64,000 nucleotides of DNA from Dehalococcoidia bacterium (GCA_040882355.1 JBBEBM010000052.1:1-64000); one strand, 5' to 3'; counted from the stretch's first letter, positions 38,711 to 47,996 are shown. Program-made: numbers and translations. The notes: generated by a model not told the origin, from the letters alone.

Positions 38711-39715
38711 TCAGGCGGCGTCCTGCAGCTCCTGCGTCAGAGCCGTGCGCAGCCGCCGGATGGCCCGGTGGCGGAGCTGCGAGGCGCGCGATTCCGAGAT
38801 ACCGAGCGCCCGCCCGATGCTCTTCAGCGAGCGAGACTGCATGTAGTAGAGCTGGACGATGGCCCGCTCGCGGTCAGGGAGCTGGTCTACCGCCTCGTAG
38901 AGCTTGTGGCGTACCATGGTGTCCTGGGCGCGAGTGTCGGGGTCGATGGTGGGGTCCTCGTCCGCCATCTCCCAGAGCTTCTCGGTCTGACCGTTCACCG
39001 CCGTCTCCGCCAGGCCGTCGAGCGAGATTACGTGGATGTTGCTGGTGCGGAGCGTGGCCAGAAAGTCCTGGTGCGAGAGGCCCATCTGGTCCGCCAGCTC
39101 GGCCTTGGTCGGTGACCGGCCGAACCGGACGTGGAGGGCGGCGCTGGCGCGCTCCACGTCGCTCGAGAACTTCTGGAGCGAGCGGGGCAACGGATGGGCC
39201 GCGCGCAGAGCGTCCAGGATCGCGCCCCGGATGCGCGGCAGGGCATAGGTGGAGAACTTGGCGCCCCGGTTCGGGTCGAACGCGCGGTAGGCCTCGATCA
39301 GGCCCTGCACGCCGCAGCTAATCATGTCTTCGTACTGGAGGATGCCGGCGCCCGTGGAGCCGACCGCGATTCGATTGACGGCGTGCCTGACAAGCGGCAT
39401 GTAGTCCTGGATCACCTTGCCCAGGTCAGCATCGATCTGGTGCGGGCCCTCGTTGGCGTGGATCGGAATGGGCGTGACGTCAGCGCTCGGAGTCGGCGCG
39501 CCCTTGACAGCGGCTGGCTCCTGTTTCTTGCGGGCGCGAAGCGGGATGGGCTTTCGGCCGGCGCCCTTGATTGGGGCGCCGTTGGCGAGTTGCGGCTGCT
39601 GCTTCTTGCGGACACGAAGCGGAACCGGCTTGCGGTTCGCGCTCGTAGTCTTACGCCGGACCCCGGATCGGGGCTGAGCACCTGTTGAGGCGCCCTCGGC
39701 ACGAAGAGAGGGCAA
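38711..39715 (-). CDS. FliA/WhiG-family (sigma-28) RNA polymerase sigma factor with basic N-terminal extension
   Basis: YMPLVR, GLIEA...FDPNRGAKFSTYA.PRIRGAILD.LR, GRSPT..ELA, LKSIG..LGISESRASQL; proposed TTG start 5 nt after GGAGGT. Confidence 0.92.
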   Translation of the reverse strand: MPSLRAEGASTGAQPRSGVRRKTTSANRKPVPLRVRKKQQPQLANGAPIKGAGRKPIPLRARKKQEPAAVKGAPTPSADVTPIPIHANEGPHQIDADLGKVIQDYMPLVRHAVNRIAVGSTGAGILQYEDMISCGVQGLIEAYRAFDPNRGAKFSTYALPRIRGAILDALRAAHPLPRSLQKFSSDVERASAALHVRFGRSPTKAELADQMGLSHQDFLATLRTSNIHVISLDGLAETAVNGQTEKLWEMADEDPTIDPDTRAQDTMVRHKLYEAVDQLPDRERAIVQLYYMQSRSLKSIGRALGISESRASQLRHRAIRRLRTALTQELQDAA

Positions 39716-39944
39716 GTTGCACCTCCGATATCTATGCCGGCGGGTTGGGTCACCCGATGGACAGGTCGTTTTCCGTTCGTCTGTGACAGTATCGCTGGAT
39801 ACCCGATGCCTTCCTATGCGGAGAATCCCCAAGCCGGGCTCCAGGGCGACCCTAGAACGAGCGCTCACATCCCCGACGCGTCATCGGGCGGTTTGCGTAT
39901 CTTGCGAGGCAGGCAGGAGAATGGGAGGCGAACGGAGGACCTAC

Positions 39945-40349
39945 GTGGTTGGCAACTGTCAGATCAAGGGCCGCTTTCGCGCGTGCGGGAAGCCGGGCGC
40001 CGCCGTCTGCCAGTACTGCGGGCGCAGCTTCTGCCCGGCGCACGGCGTCCGCCTGGACGACGCGCAGGAGATCTGCGCCCGCGCGACATGCCAGGCGAAG
40101 AAGGCGGACGTCGAGCGCTTTGCCGTCTACAAGCGGGAGGTCACCGAGCGCAACGAACGGCGCACCTGCGGCGAGCCCGACTGTGTGTCAGCGCCGGGCG
40201 GCCAGTGCTCCAAGTGCCAGGGCCTCTTCTGTATGGGACACCTGTCGGAACGCGAGATCGACCAGTGGCAAGACGGGTCAATGGCGCGCGTTCGTGGCGT
40301 CCTTTGCCCTCATTGCGTCAAGCGCCGCGGGCTATGGGAGCGGGGGTAG
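39945..40349 (+). CDS. Cys/His-rich double zinc-finger protein (AN1/B-box-like)
   Basis: GTG after GGAGG; CQYCGRSFCPAH and CSKCQGLFCMGH plus extra Cys pairs. Confidence 0.8.
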   Translation: MVGNCQIKGRFRACGKPGAAVCQYCGRSFCPAHGVRLDDAQEICARATCQAKKADVERFAVYKREVTERNERRTCGEPDCVSAPGGQCSKCQGLFCMGHLSEREIDQWQDGSMARVRGVLCPHCVKRRGLWERG

Positions 40350-40358
40350 GACGGCATT

Positions 40359-40383
40359 GGGCGGGTCTGAGACCCGCCCCTAC
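40359..40383. repeat. GTAG-type REP element between convergent genes
   Basis: gggcgggtct-g-agacccgcccctac. Confidence 0.7.
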
Positions 40384-40438
40384 ACATGGCCCTCCGGTCA
40401 GACTCCAGGCTGAAGCCTAGCCTTCGGTAGAAAGGGTG

Positions 40439-41212
40439 CTACCACGCCCCCCTGGGCGCGCCGCTCTCGACGCCTTCCCCGGCGAGGTGGGCGTGGAGGA
40501 ACTCGCGGACGCGCTCCATCGCCTCGCGCGGCACGGCCGTGTGGCCGCCCGGGTAGAAGAAGACCCGCTTCGGACCGGAGAGGGCGTCGTAGAGCTGGAA
40601 GGCCGACTCTCGCGAGAAGATCTCGTCCTCCGTTTGGTTGATCATCAGCACGGGGCGCGTGATCGTGCGCGCGGCCTCCGCGAGCCCTCCCGGCCGGTTG
40701 CCGATCACGCCGCCGATGGCGAAGACGGCGCAACGGAAGCGCTCCTCCGCAGCGACGGAAGGCACACCCAGCACCGTGCCCATTGAGAAGCCCAGATACG
40801 CGGCCCGGTCGATGCCCACGTCCGGCAGCTCGGCGCACGCGTCGACGGTGCGCTGCCAGTCGACAGCCATCGCGTCGTACGTCTCGCGGTCCGTCAGCAC
40901 CTCGCGGGCGCGCAGACCCACCTGTTCGACGCCTTCCGGACGCCGTTCGCCGTGCACAGGGCCATCGATAACGGCGACAGCCCAGCCCTCGCGTCGCACG
41001 AGCCAGCGCGCGATCGACTGCATCTGCGGCTCGTCCTTCGAGCCGCCCGCGCCGTGCCCGAGCATGATGACCGGTCGCGGCCCGCTGGCGTCCTCAGGCG
41101 TGAGCACGAGCGCCGGCACGCGCCGGTCTTCGGACCCGGCGATCCACAGGTGCCGGGTGCTGACCCCCTTCTCCGTCTGGGGCCGGCCGAGTTCCAATAT
41201 CGCGTTGCTCAT
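40439..41212 (-). CDS. alpha/beta hydrolase (dienelactone hydrolase-like)
   Basis: GHGAGG, GFSMG, EDE, PGGH. Confidence 0.88.
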   Translation of the reverse strand: MSNAILELGRPQTEKGVSTRHLWIAGSEDRRVPALVLTPEDASGPRPVIMLGHGAGGSKDEPQMQSIARWLVRREGWAVAVIDGPVHGERRPEGVEQVGLRAREVLTDRETYDAMAVDWQRTVDACAELPDVGIDRAAYLGFSMGTVLGVPSVAAEERFRCAVFAIGGVIGNRPGGLAEAARTITRPVLMINQTEDEIFSRESAFQLYDALSGPKRVFFYPGGHTAVPREAMERVREFLHAHLAGEGVESGAPRGAW

Positions 41213-41229
41213 GATCTCCCCCTATCGTG

Positions 41230-42486
41230 TTACTCGGCACCTTCGCCGAGAGCCGCACGGTCTTCCGTCGCGAAGTGGTGCCAGGCGCCGCGCGACATCA
41301 CGCAGCGGTCGGCCTCCACCAGCTCCTCCATGAACCGTAGCCGCAGGCGATGCGCCTCGGCGTGGTTAGGGTCGTCGCGCAAGACGATCTGCACCAGCTC
41401 GACCGCCTCCTGGCGCTGCCCTTCGCCCCAAATGGCCTCAGCGCGCGACAGGATCGCCGCGTCGTCGCCGATCAGGCTGCGCAGCTCGCGGGCGACCGTG
41501 CGCCGGGGCACCGGAAACAGGTCGGACGGGTCGCCGTCGAACCAGCCGTCGTAGCCGCGGCGGATCGCCATCACCGCGAACTCGACGCGCGAGTACGTCT
41601 GACGGAGGTGCGGGCTGTCCTCCAGCTCCGGCGGCAGTCGCACCTCGGCGACCATCTGGTCGAGCGACTGGCCTTCGTTCATGCGCCGCACGACCTCGTC
41701 ATGGATGAAACGCAGGCCGCGCACCGTATCGCCGAGCACGGAGTCGACGTCCGCGCCGCTGACGAGGCCCACGCCGTGGCCCGGCGCAACCGCCTTCGGC
41801 TTCAGCGCCGCGATGCGCTCCAGCGTCTCGATCCAGCCGGCGCCGAAGCGGGGCACCTTGTACGGGTTGCCCAGGTTGGGCAGAACGCTGATCAGGAAGT
41901 CGCCGGCGAAGACGACGCCCGCGTCCGGCACGTGAACGACGGTCGCGTCGTCGGTCTCGCCGCGGCCGTGGAACAGCTCGAAGCGCCGCCCGCCCAGCTC
42001 GAAGTCATAGCGGTCCCAGTAAACGATGTCCGGATACTTGTACTGACGCTCGATCGGAGGGATCGCGAGGTGGAACTGGATGCTGTTGATCCGCGCGAGA
42101 TGCGGCCGGAGCTGCTCGTACTTGCGCAGGCGCTCCGGCAGGAAGCCGTGCCCGATCACCTGCGCCTCCGGCGTCAGCTCGCGAAAGCGCGGCTCGAGCA
42201 GCACGTGGTCCTCGTGACCGTGGGTGTAGATCACGTAGCGCACGGGCGCGCCGCCTGTCGTGCGTGCCAGCTCTTCGTACACCTCGCGACGGTGCATGCC
42301 CGAGTCGATCAGCACGACGCCCCCCGGCGTCACCACCCAACCGGCGTTGCTGCCCGCCGCGATCCAGTACACGCCCTCGGCGACCTCGACGGCCTTGTAG
42401 TCGGTTACCGGGAACATGAGCGGCGAACGGGCGCGGATGCGCTCCGGGTCGGGCAGGTCCTGGAAGTGGCGCGGCTGGTAGTTCAT
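41230..42486 (-). CDS. alkyl sulfatase-like MBL-fold hydrolase
   Basis: THGHEDH, GETDD, AGD, PNLGNPYK, PGHG, YDGWFDG dimerisation region. Confidence 0.88.
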   Translation of the reverse strand: MNYQPRHFQDLPDPERIRARSPLMFPVTDYKAVEVAEGVYWIAAGSNAGWVVTPGGVVLIDSGMHRREVYEELARTTGGAPVRYVIYTHGHEDHVLLEPRFRELTPEAQVIGHGFLPERLRKYEQLRPHLARINSIQFHLAIPPIERQYKYPDIVYWDRYDFELGGRRFELFHGRGETDDATVVHVPDAGVVFAGDFLISVLPNLGNPYKVPRFGAGWIETLERIAALKPKAVAPGHGVGLVSGADVDSVLGDTVRGLRFIHDEVVRRMNEGQSLDQMVAEVRLPPELEDSPHLRQTYSRVEFAVMAIRRGYDGWFDGDPSDLFPVPRRTVARELRSLIGDDAAILSRAEAIWGEGQRQEAVELVQIVLRDDPNHAEAHRLRLRFMEELVEADRCVMSRGAWHHFATEDRAALGEGAE

Positions 42487-42717
42487 GGCGGCTCGTGCGA
42501 TGGGTATTGTACACGACGCCGAGGGTCGAGGGTCAGGGGTCAACGGAGGGGACAGCATGCCGCCGACTTCCAGTCGGCGGTCGCACACATCCTTCGACGA
42601 GCAGCGATGCGCGACAGCAGGCGGCGTGGCGAAATTCCTCGCCGGTAGCTACCCTGGCGTTTGCGGTTGGGGAGGGACGAAGAACAGGGATCGACAGGAA
42701 AGGAAAGGAGCCTAGCC

Positions 42718-43083
42718 ATGGGACGCCCCGTCATTCACTTCGAGATCGCAGGGAAGGACGCGAAGAAGCTGCAGCAGTTCTACGCCGAGCTGTTCGACTG
42801 GAAGATCGATGCCAACAACCCGATGAACTACGGCGCCGTCGAGACCGGGGCCGAGGGTGGCATCAACGGCGGCATCTTCGAGGCGCAGGGGGACATGCCC
42901 GCCTATCTCACCATCTACGCCCAGGTCGATGACTTGCAGGCATACCTGGACAGGGCGGTCAGCCTGGGCGCCACGCCCGTCGTGCCGCCCACACCGATCC
43001 CGGGCATGGGTGGCTTCGCGCTGTTCACCGACCCTGAGGGCAACCTGATGGGCATCTTCAAGGAGGACAGCAGCCAGGCCTGA
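42718..43083 (+). CDS. VOC/glyoxalase family protein
   Basis: VIHFEI, FYAELFDW, GINGGI, FTDPEGN. Confidence 0.9.
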   Translation: MGRPVIHFEIAGKDAKKLQQFYAELFDWKIDANNPMNYGAVETGAEGGINGGIFEAQGDMPAYLTIYAQVDDLQAYLDRAVSLGATPVVPPTPIPGMGGFALFTDPEGNLMGIFKEDSSQA

Positions 43084-43086
43084 GAC

Positions 43087-43973
43087 CTAGCCGCCGGAGC
43101 CATCTGTGTCGAGCGCCCGGAGAGGGAGCGGCAGCGCGCCGGTGTTGAGCAGCGCGCTCAGCATCTCGGCATCGTCCCTGCCTAAACCCGTAATCACGCC
43201 GCTCTCGGTGATCCGTGACTGGACACGAGGCGCGATCATCGTCCCGTCTTCACCAAGAACGGGCTCGCCGTCAAGGAAGAAGGCGATGGGAAGGTTGGGA
43301 TGGCGAGACGCTCCGTGACCTGGCTCGTGAGGGCAGACCCATCATCGTCCAACTCAAACATGAGCAGCCACGAGTTCGTGATGTCCAGCGTGTCGGGATT
43401 CTCAACGACCGATGTTCCGCTGAAGTACACGCTGGTCAGCTCGACCTGCGCGTCGCCGAGTTCGCCGCTGGCCGGCTCCCAGACGATCTGGTCCGCAGGC
43501 GGGTTGTTCGCTGATGCGCTCGAGTCTGAGCGGGCCCAGGGAACGAACTCCACCGTGCCGCCTTCGACGATAATGTCCGGGGCGTCCCGCACGGGGCGAC
43601 AGGACTGCCGTGAGTATTGCACAGTACCGCCCTCGATCACCGCAACATTCCCGGCCTCATCAGTCACCGGTTCGCAGAACTGCAGCAGGCCCCGGCGCGA
43701 AATCGCGTCGATCGTCTCCTCTGGCGTCGACTCCGGCAGCTCGATGATGATCTGCTCCCCTTCACGCCGGACCTCGGCGTCTGCGAGGTCAAAAGCGACC
43801 AACCTCTCCTCAAGCACGTCCACCGCCTCGTCTAGGCCACGGTCCCGGTCGACATAGTCGAACGCCTCATCAGGGACCAGGACAATCCGCGCCGTCGGTT
43901 CGTCGTCGCCATCGCAGGCGCTGAGGGTGAGGGAGATCAGGATCCCCATGACGAAAGCTAGTGTACGGACCAT
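43087..43973 (-). pseudogene. SecD periplasmic (P1) domain lipoprotein, frameshifted near 43300
   Basis: Lipobox LSAC; VLEERL..F...EVRREG..IIIELP; the SecD-like tail IAFFLDG...APRVQSRI...VITG...LLNTGALPLPL* continues in another frame. Confidence 0.75.
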
Positions 43974-44007
43974 AGTGCCGCCTACTTCACAAGGGTCGTG
44001 ACGCGCC

Positions 44008-44643
44008 CTACCCCGCCGTCGCGCCCCAGCGTTCGTGGTACATTACCTCTTCGACGGGCCGGCGGTCGGCGGGGCCGTACTTGCCTTTGGGATAGCCGAC
44101 AGGGATCAGCGCGACCGTCTCGACGTCCGCCGGGATACCGAGCAGCTCCTTCACCTCCGCCTCGTGCAGCTTGTGGAGCGTGGTGAGGGAGGCGCCCAGC
44201 TCGAGGCCACGCGCGGCGAGGAGCAGGTTCTGCACCGCCGGGAAGATCGAGCCGTACAGGCTGGCGGACGCCGCGTTGCCAGGCACGGGCACGCCGTGCG
44301 TGCAGACCAGGATGAACACCGGCGCCTCGGCCAGATGGAACGCGAGGTGCTCGGCCGAGCGGTACGTGCGCGCGAACGAGCCCTCGAACTTATCGCGCTG
44401 CTCCTGCGGGATCGCTCCGTACGTCTTGTCCCAGGCGTCTCGATACCACTCACCGATCTTCTGCTTCGTCTCGGCGTCACGGATTACGATGAAGGCCCAG
44501 GGCTGGCGATTGCCTCCGCTGGGCGCGCGGATCGCCGCGTCGATCAGCTTCCGGATCAGGTCGTCGGGCACCGGGTCGGGCCTGAGGCGGCGCAGCGCCT
44601 TCTGGCTGTACATCGCTTCGAAGAGACCGATTTCGGCGGGCAT
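44008..44643 (-). CDS. nitroreductase family protein
   Basis: AIRAPSGGNRQPW, SIFPAVQNLLLAARG, IPVGYP. Confidence 0.93.
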   Translation of the reverse strand: MPAEIGLFEAMYSQKALRRLRPDPVPDDLIRKLIDAAIRAPSGGNRQPWAFIVIRDAETKQKIGEWYRDAWDKTYGAIPQEQRDKFEGSFARTYRSAEHLAFHLAEAPVFILVCTHGVPVPGNAASASLYGSIFPAVQNLLLAARGLELGASLTTLHKLHEAEVKELLGIPADVETVALIPVGYPKGKYGPADRRPVEEVMYHERWGATAG

Positions 44644-44698
44644 TGGGGGTTCCTTTCGTGTGCGGACCACGCGTGGCGGAGCAACACCGTCCGACCCG

Positions 44699-45793
44699 CT
44701 ACGGATCCAGCGCGAGCCGGAGCAGCTTATCAGTGCGGGACTCCGGACACCAGATCGCGCCGTCCTGGTCCTCGACGATCGTGCGGCACTCCGAGTCCGG
44801 CGATGGGATGGCGAACGCTTCGAACGTCTTCGACGCCGGGTCGAAACGCAGGACGCTGTTCGACGTGAAGTCGCTCAGCCAGACGCCGCCATCTTGAGCG
44901 ACGATGATCGCGTAGGGAAGCGCGTCGGCCGCGGGCAGGGTGAACTCCTCGAAGCGCTGCTCGTCCGGATCGTAGTAGCCCAGCTTGCCGGCGTTGTACT
45001 CGGTGAACCAGACGCCGCCGCCCGCGTCGACGGCGATGCGCCGCGCCCCCTGGTCCAGCGTGGGCGGCGTAAGCTCCTCGACCTGCTCGGTCGCCGGATC
45101 GTAGCGTCCGATCTTGTGGCCCTGCAGCTCCGCCCACCAAACGACGCCGTCTTGATCGACCGCGATGCCATACGGGACCGATTCGCCGGTGGGCACGCTC
45201 ACCTCCAGGATCGCCCCGGTGTTCCGGTCCAGGCGGGCGATCGCGTCACCACGCGACTCCGTGAACCACAGGTTGCCGTCCGGATCGAAGGCGATGGAGT
45301 GCGGGCCGGTGTTCGGCGAAGGGATGGCGAACTCCTGGAACTCCTCGGTCTGCGGGTCGAAGCGCGCCAGCTTGCTCACGCCGATGTACGTGATCCACAC
45401 GAAGCCATCCGGATCGACGCCGATGCCGTGCGGGCTGGCGTTCGCCGTCGGCACTTCCCACTCGTCGAACTGCTCGCTGCCCGGGTCGAAGCGGCCGAGC
45501 TTGTTTCCCACGTTCTCCGTGAACCAGATGCGCCCCCCGCTATCGACGGCGATCGAGTGCGGGCGCGCGCCCTGCGCCGGCAGATCGAACTCATCGATCT
45601 CGACGCCGTCCTGCGCGCCTGGAGTCGCGCCCGGGCCGGATGTGGCGGTGGCGGCTCCGCCGGCGGCCGTCGGCTCGCCCGTCGCGCCGCGGTCCACGGG
45701 CGCCTCGCTGTCGCCGCCGTCATCGCAAGCGGACGCGAGCGCCAGCGCGCCGATGGCGGCCAGCGCGATGAGCGCATGTACGCGCCTGCGCAT
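44699..45793 (-). CDS. Vgb-like (virginiamycin B lyase fold) beta-propeller lipoprotein
   Basis: Lipobox ASAC; about seven P.GIA.D.DG.VWFTE...KLGRFDP repeats. Confidence 0.85.
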   Translation of the reverse strand: MRRRVHALIALAAIGALALASACDDGGDSEAPVDRGATGEPTAAGGAATATSGPGATPGAQDGVEIDEFDLPAQGARPHSIAVDSGGRIWFTENVGNKLGRFDPGSEQFDEWEVPTANASPHGIGVDPDGFVWITYIGVSKLARFDPQTEEFQEFAIPSPNTGPHSIAFDPDGNLWFTESRGDAIARLDRNTGAILEVSVPTGESVPYGIAVDQDGVVWWAELQGHKIGRYDPATEQVEELTPPTLDQGARRIAVDAGGGVWFTEYNAGKLGYYDPDEQRFEEFTLPAADALPYAIIVAQDGGVWLSDFTSNSVLRFDPASKTFEAFAIPSPDSECRTIVEDQDGAIWCPESRTDKLLRLALDP

Positions 45794-45815
45794 GAGAGAG
45801 GTGCGGAGCACGCGC

Positions 45816-46028
45816 CTACAGCTTCATGGCCAGCATCTCGCGGGTGAGGCGCCCCTTGTCGCGAAGGTGGACGCGCACGTCGATGACGCGCACCTTCAGC
45901 GGGCGCCCGTCGCCCTGGTGGATGTAGACCTCATCGCCCTTCTGAAAGCGGTAGTCGCTGGCGAACTGGGCGATGAGCTCCTGCTTCTTCTCGCTGAACG
46001 GGTCGGATTCGTAGATCTCGGTCTCCAC
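45816..46028 (-). CDS. small hypothetical protein (70 aa)
   Basis: GTG after AAGGAG; GC3-rich. Confidence 0.7.
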   Translation of the reverse strand: METEIYESDPFSEKKQELIAQFASDYRFQKGDEVYIHQGDGRPLKVRVIDVRVHLRDKGRLTREMLAMKL

Positions 46029-46093
46029 AGCGCCGCTCCTTATGGAATGTTGCGCCCCATGGTAGCAGGGATCGAGAGCCGCGCGCCGAAAAC

Positions 46094-46134
46094 GAGGGGT
46101 TACCCCTATAGTCATCTCCTTAGGCGGAGGCGAT
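46094..46134 (+). promoter_or_regulatory. 15-bp palindrome (46094-46108) overlapping a candidate sigma-28 promoter (46107-46134)
   Basis: GAGGGGTTACCCCTA; TATA-N16-GGCGATAA. Confidence 0.4.
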
Positions 46135-46181
46135 AATCGATGCGCAAGAAGCGAATATCCCGCAGCGCAAGGAGATGCCGA

Positions 46182-46826
46182 ATGGTCCAGCAAGCCAGCA
46201 ACCCGGAACCCTCGATCGCCCTGCACGAAGAGCTCGACTTCGCCCTTCGCACGCTGGAGTCGTGCCTCGCCGAGGCCGGCCGGGCCGTCTCGGCCGTGCG
46301 CAGCCTGCTGCCGCGCATCGCCTCGTTGAGCGAGGCCGTCGGCGAGCTGGAGACCGCGATGGACCGCGCGCGCCAGCGCCTGAGTGCGTCGCCCGCCTAC
46401 AGCGCCCCCACGTCGCAGCCTACGCTTTCACCCGTGCCGCCATCGCAGCCGCCCGTAGAGTTCCCTACACCCGCGCCCTCCTTCACGCCGGAGCCAGCAC
46501 CGTCCTTCGACGACACTTCACAGAGCGAGGATGACGAGCCGGCCTCGAGCAAGACCCCGTCCCACTGCCTGCGGCTGGACGTTCGCAGCAAGAGCGGCTC
46601 GCTTGAGCTGAAGGCCGTAGACGACGCGGTCAACGAGAACACCTCTGTCGTCGACGTGGCCCTCCTGGAGTACGACGGCCGCAACGCGACCCTGCGGGTT
46701 TGGATCGAGACCTCGGCCGACCCCGAGACCGTGCGCGAGGCGCTGCTGGACAGCCTGCAGCGCAACCTGGCAGGCCACCAGGACGCGGACGTCACCCTGG
46801 ACTACGAGCAAGCGCCGGCCGCTTAG
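46182..46826 (+). CDS. hypothetical protein: coiled coil, Pro-rich linker, small alpha/beta C-terminal domain
   Basis: AAGGAG RBS; heptad-like N-terminus; ends QAPAA. Confidence 0.8.
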   Translation: MVQQASNPEPSIALHEELDFALRTLESCLAEAGRAVSAVRSLLPRIASLSEAVGELETAMDRARQRLSASPAYSAPTSQPTLSPVPPSQPPVEFPTPAPSFTPEPAPSFDDTSQSEDDEPASSKTPSHCLRLDVRSKSGSLELKAVDDAVNENTSVVDVALLEYDGRNATLRVWIETSADPETVREALLDSLQRNLAGHQDADVTLDYEQAPAA

Positions 46827-46858
46827 GGAACCGCACTTCACACGCACAGATCGCAACG

Positions 46859-46883
46859 ACGCCGCCCTCAAACTGGGGCGGCG
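46859..46883. terminator. hairpin between convergent genes
   Basis: acgccgccc-N7-gggcggcgt. Confidence 0.5.
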
Positions 46884-46916
46884 TTCCTTAGTCTCCGTGC
46901 CGTGCTGGAGGGCTTG

Positions 46917-47990
46917 CTAGGCCGCCGCTTCGCCGGACGCGGCTGCTTCGAGCAGGCGTCGCTCGGCAGTCGCGACCAGCTCCTCGGCGGTCGCGCCGTC
47001 TTCGGGCATGGTGGCGGTGGCGCAAGCGATCTGGACGCTCAGGTCCTGCATGTCGGTATGAGGCAGCGTGACTGTCTCCAGGCTGGCCAGGAGCCGGCCT
47101 CTGGCGATCTCGGCGCCCTCCTGCTCTGCCTCCACCAGGATCGTCGCGAAGCCGTCCTCATGATAGGCGCCCAGGAAGTCGGTGTCTCGCATCGCGTCGG
47201 TCAGCCGGCCCGCCACCTGGCGCAGCACTCGCTCGCCCAGGAAGCGGCCGTAGCGCTCGTACAGCTCGGCCAGATTGACTACGCGCATGAACACGACGGA
47301 GAGCGGGCGGTCGTGGCGCTCGGCGCGCCGGATCTCCTGCGCGAGCTGCTCGACGAAGCGGCGCTCGTCGTGGACCCAGCGGACGGCGTCCAGCTCGCCC
47401 TGCTTTCGCCCCATCTCCTCTTCGCGCACATTGGTGAGCGCGACGGCGACGTGGCTGCCCAGCAGCTCCGCCTGCTCAAGCGTAGCGGGGGGCTTCGCGG
47501 GCAGCAGCAGCAGCAGCAGGCCCTGGCTCTCGCCGCGCCATGCGAGCGGAGCCAGCCACGCCTGGGCGACGCCCAGCGAGCGCTTCGCTTCGTCGACCCG
47601 ATCAGGGTCGATCGTCAGCGGTAACACGGCGGCCAGGTCGTCGTAGGCGGTAGCACGCCCGTCCCGCAACGCCGCAGCGTACGCGGGGCGCTCGCCAGGA
47701 TCCAGCGTCAGCGCCGAAAGCTCGGTCCCAAACGCCTGGTGCACCTTCGTCAGATGGCGCTTGCGCTCGCTGGAAGCGGGGCGTTGGGCGGTCAGCTTCT
47801 CGGACGAGTCCATCAGGAACAGGAATGTGTAGAGGGCGCCCAGGCCCCGTTCGGCGGCGGTGCTCACCGCGTCGGCCAGCCACGAGACGTCCTGCGCGCT
47901 GTGGACCGCCAACAGCGATTCCAGCAGCGGCGAGACGATCGTCTCGACGGCCGAGCCTTCCTGCGTCTCCTGGTGCTTCTTATTCAGCAT
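46917..47990 (-). CDS. GAF-like plus degenerate GGDEF protein (putative c-di-GMP receptor)
   Basis: EIRRAERHDRPLSVV, ERYG...G..VLRQVA..L...MRDTD-FLGAY-HEDGF; RxxD I-site intact, active site degenerate. Confidence 0.8.
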   Translation of the reverse strand: MLNKKHQETQEGSAVETIVSPLLESLLAVHSAQDVSWLADAVSTAAERGLGALYTFLFLMDSSEKLTAQRPASSERKRHLTKVHQAFGTELSALTLDPGERPAYAAALRDGRATAYDDLAAVLPLTIDPDRVDEAKRSLGVAQAWLAPLAWRGESQGLLLLLLPAKPPATLEQAELLGSHVAVALTNVREEEMGRKQGELDAVRWVHDERRFVEQLAQEIRRAERHDRPLSVVFMRVVNLAELYERYGRFLGERVLRQVAGRLTDAMRDTDFLGAYHEDGFATILVEAEQEGAEIARGRLLASLETVTLPHTDMQDLSVQIACATATMPEDGATAEELVATAERRLLEAAASGEAAA

Positions 47991-47996
47991 GCTCGC

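Noticed and set aside
39716..39868. ORF-track start of the sigma factor at 39868
   Set aside because: No RBS and non-coding-like composition; TTG at 39715 has GGAGGT at the proper spacing.
44699..45793. Streptogramin B resistance gene (vgb)
   Set aside because: The fold is shared by many secreted beta-propellers; this is a lipoprotein and resistance cannot be inferred from sequence.
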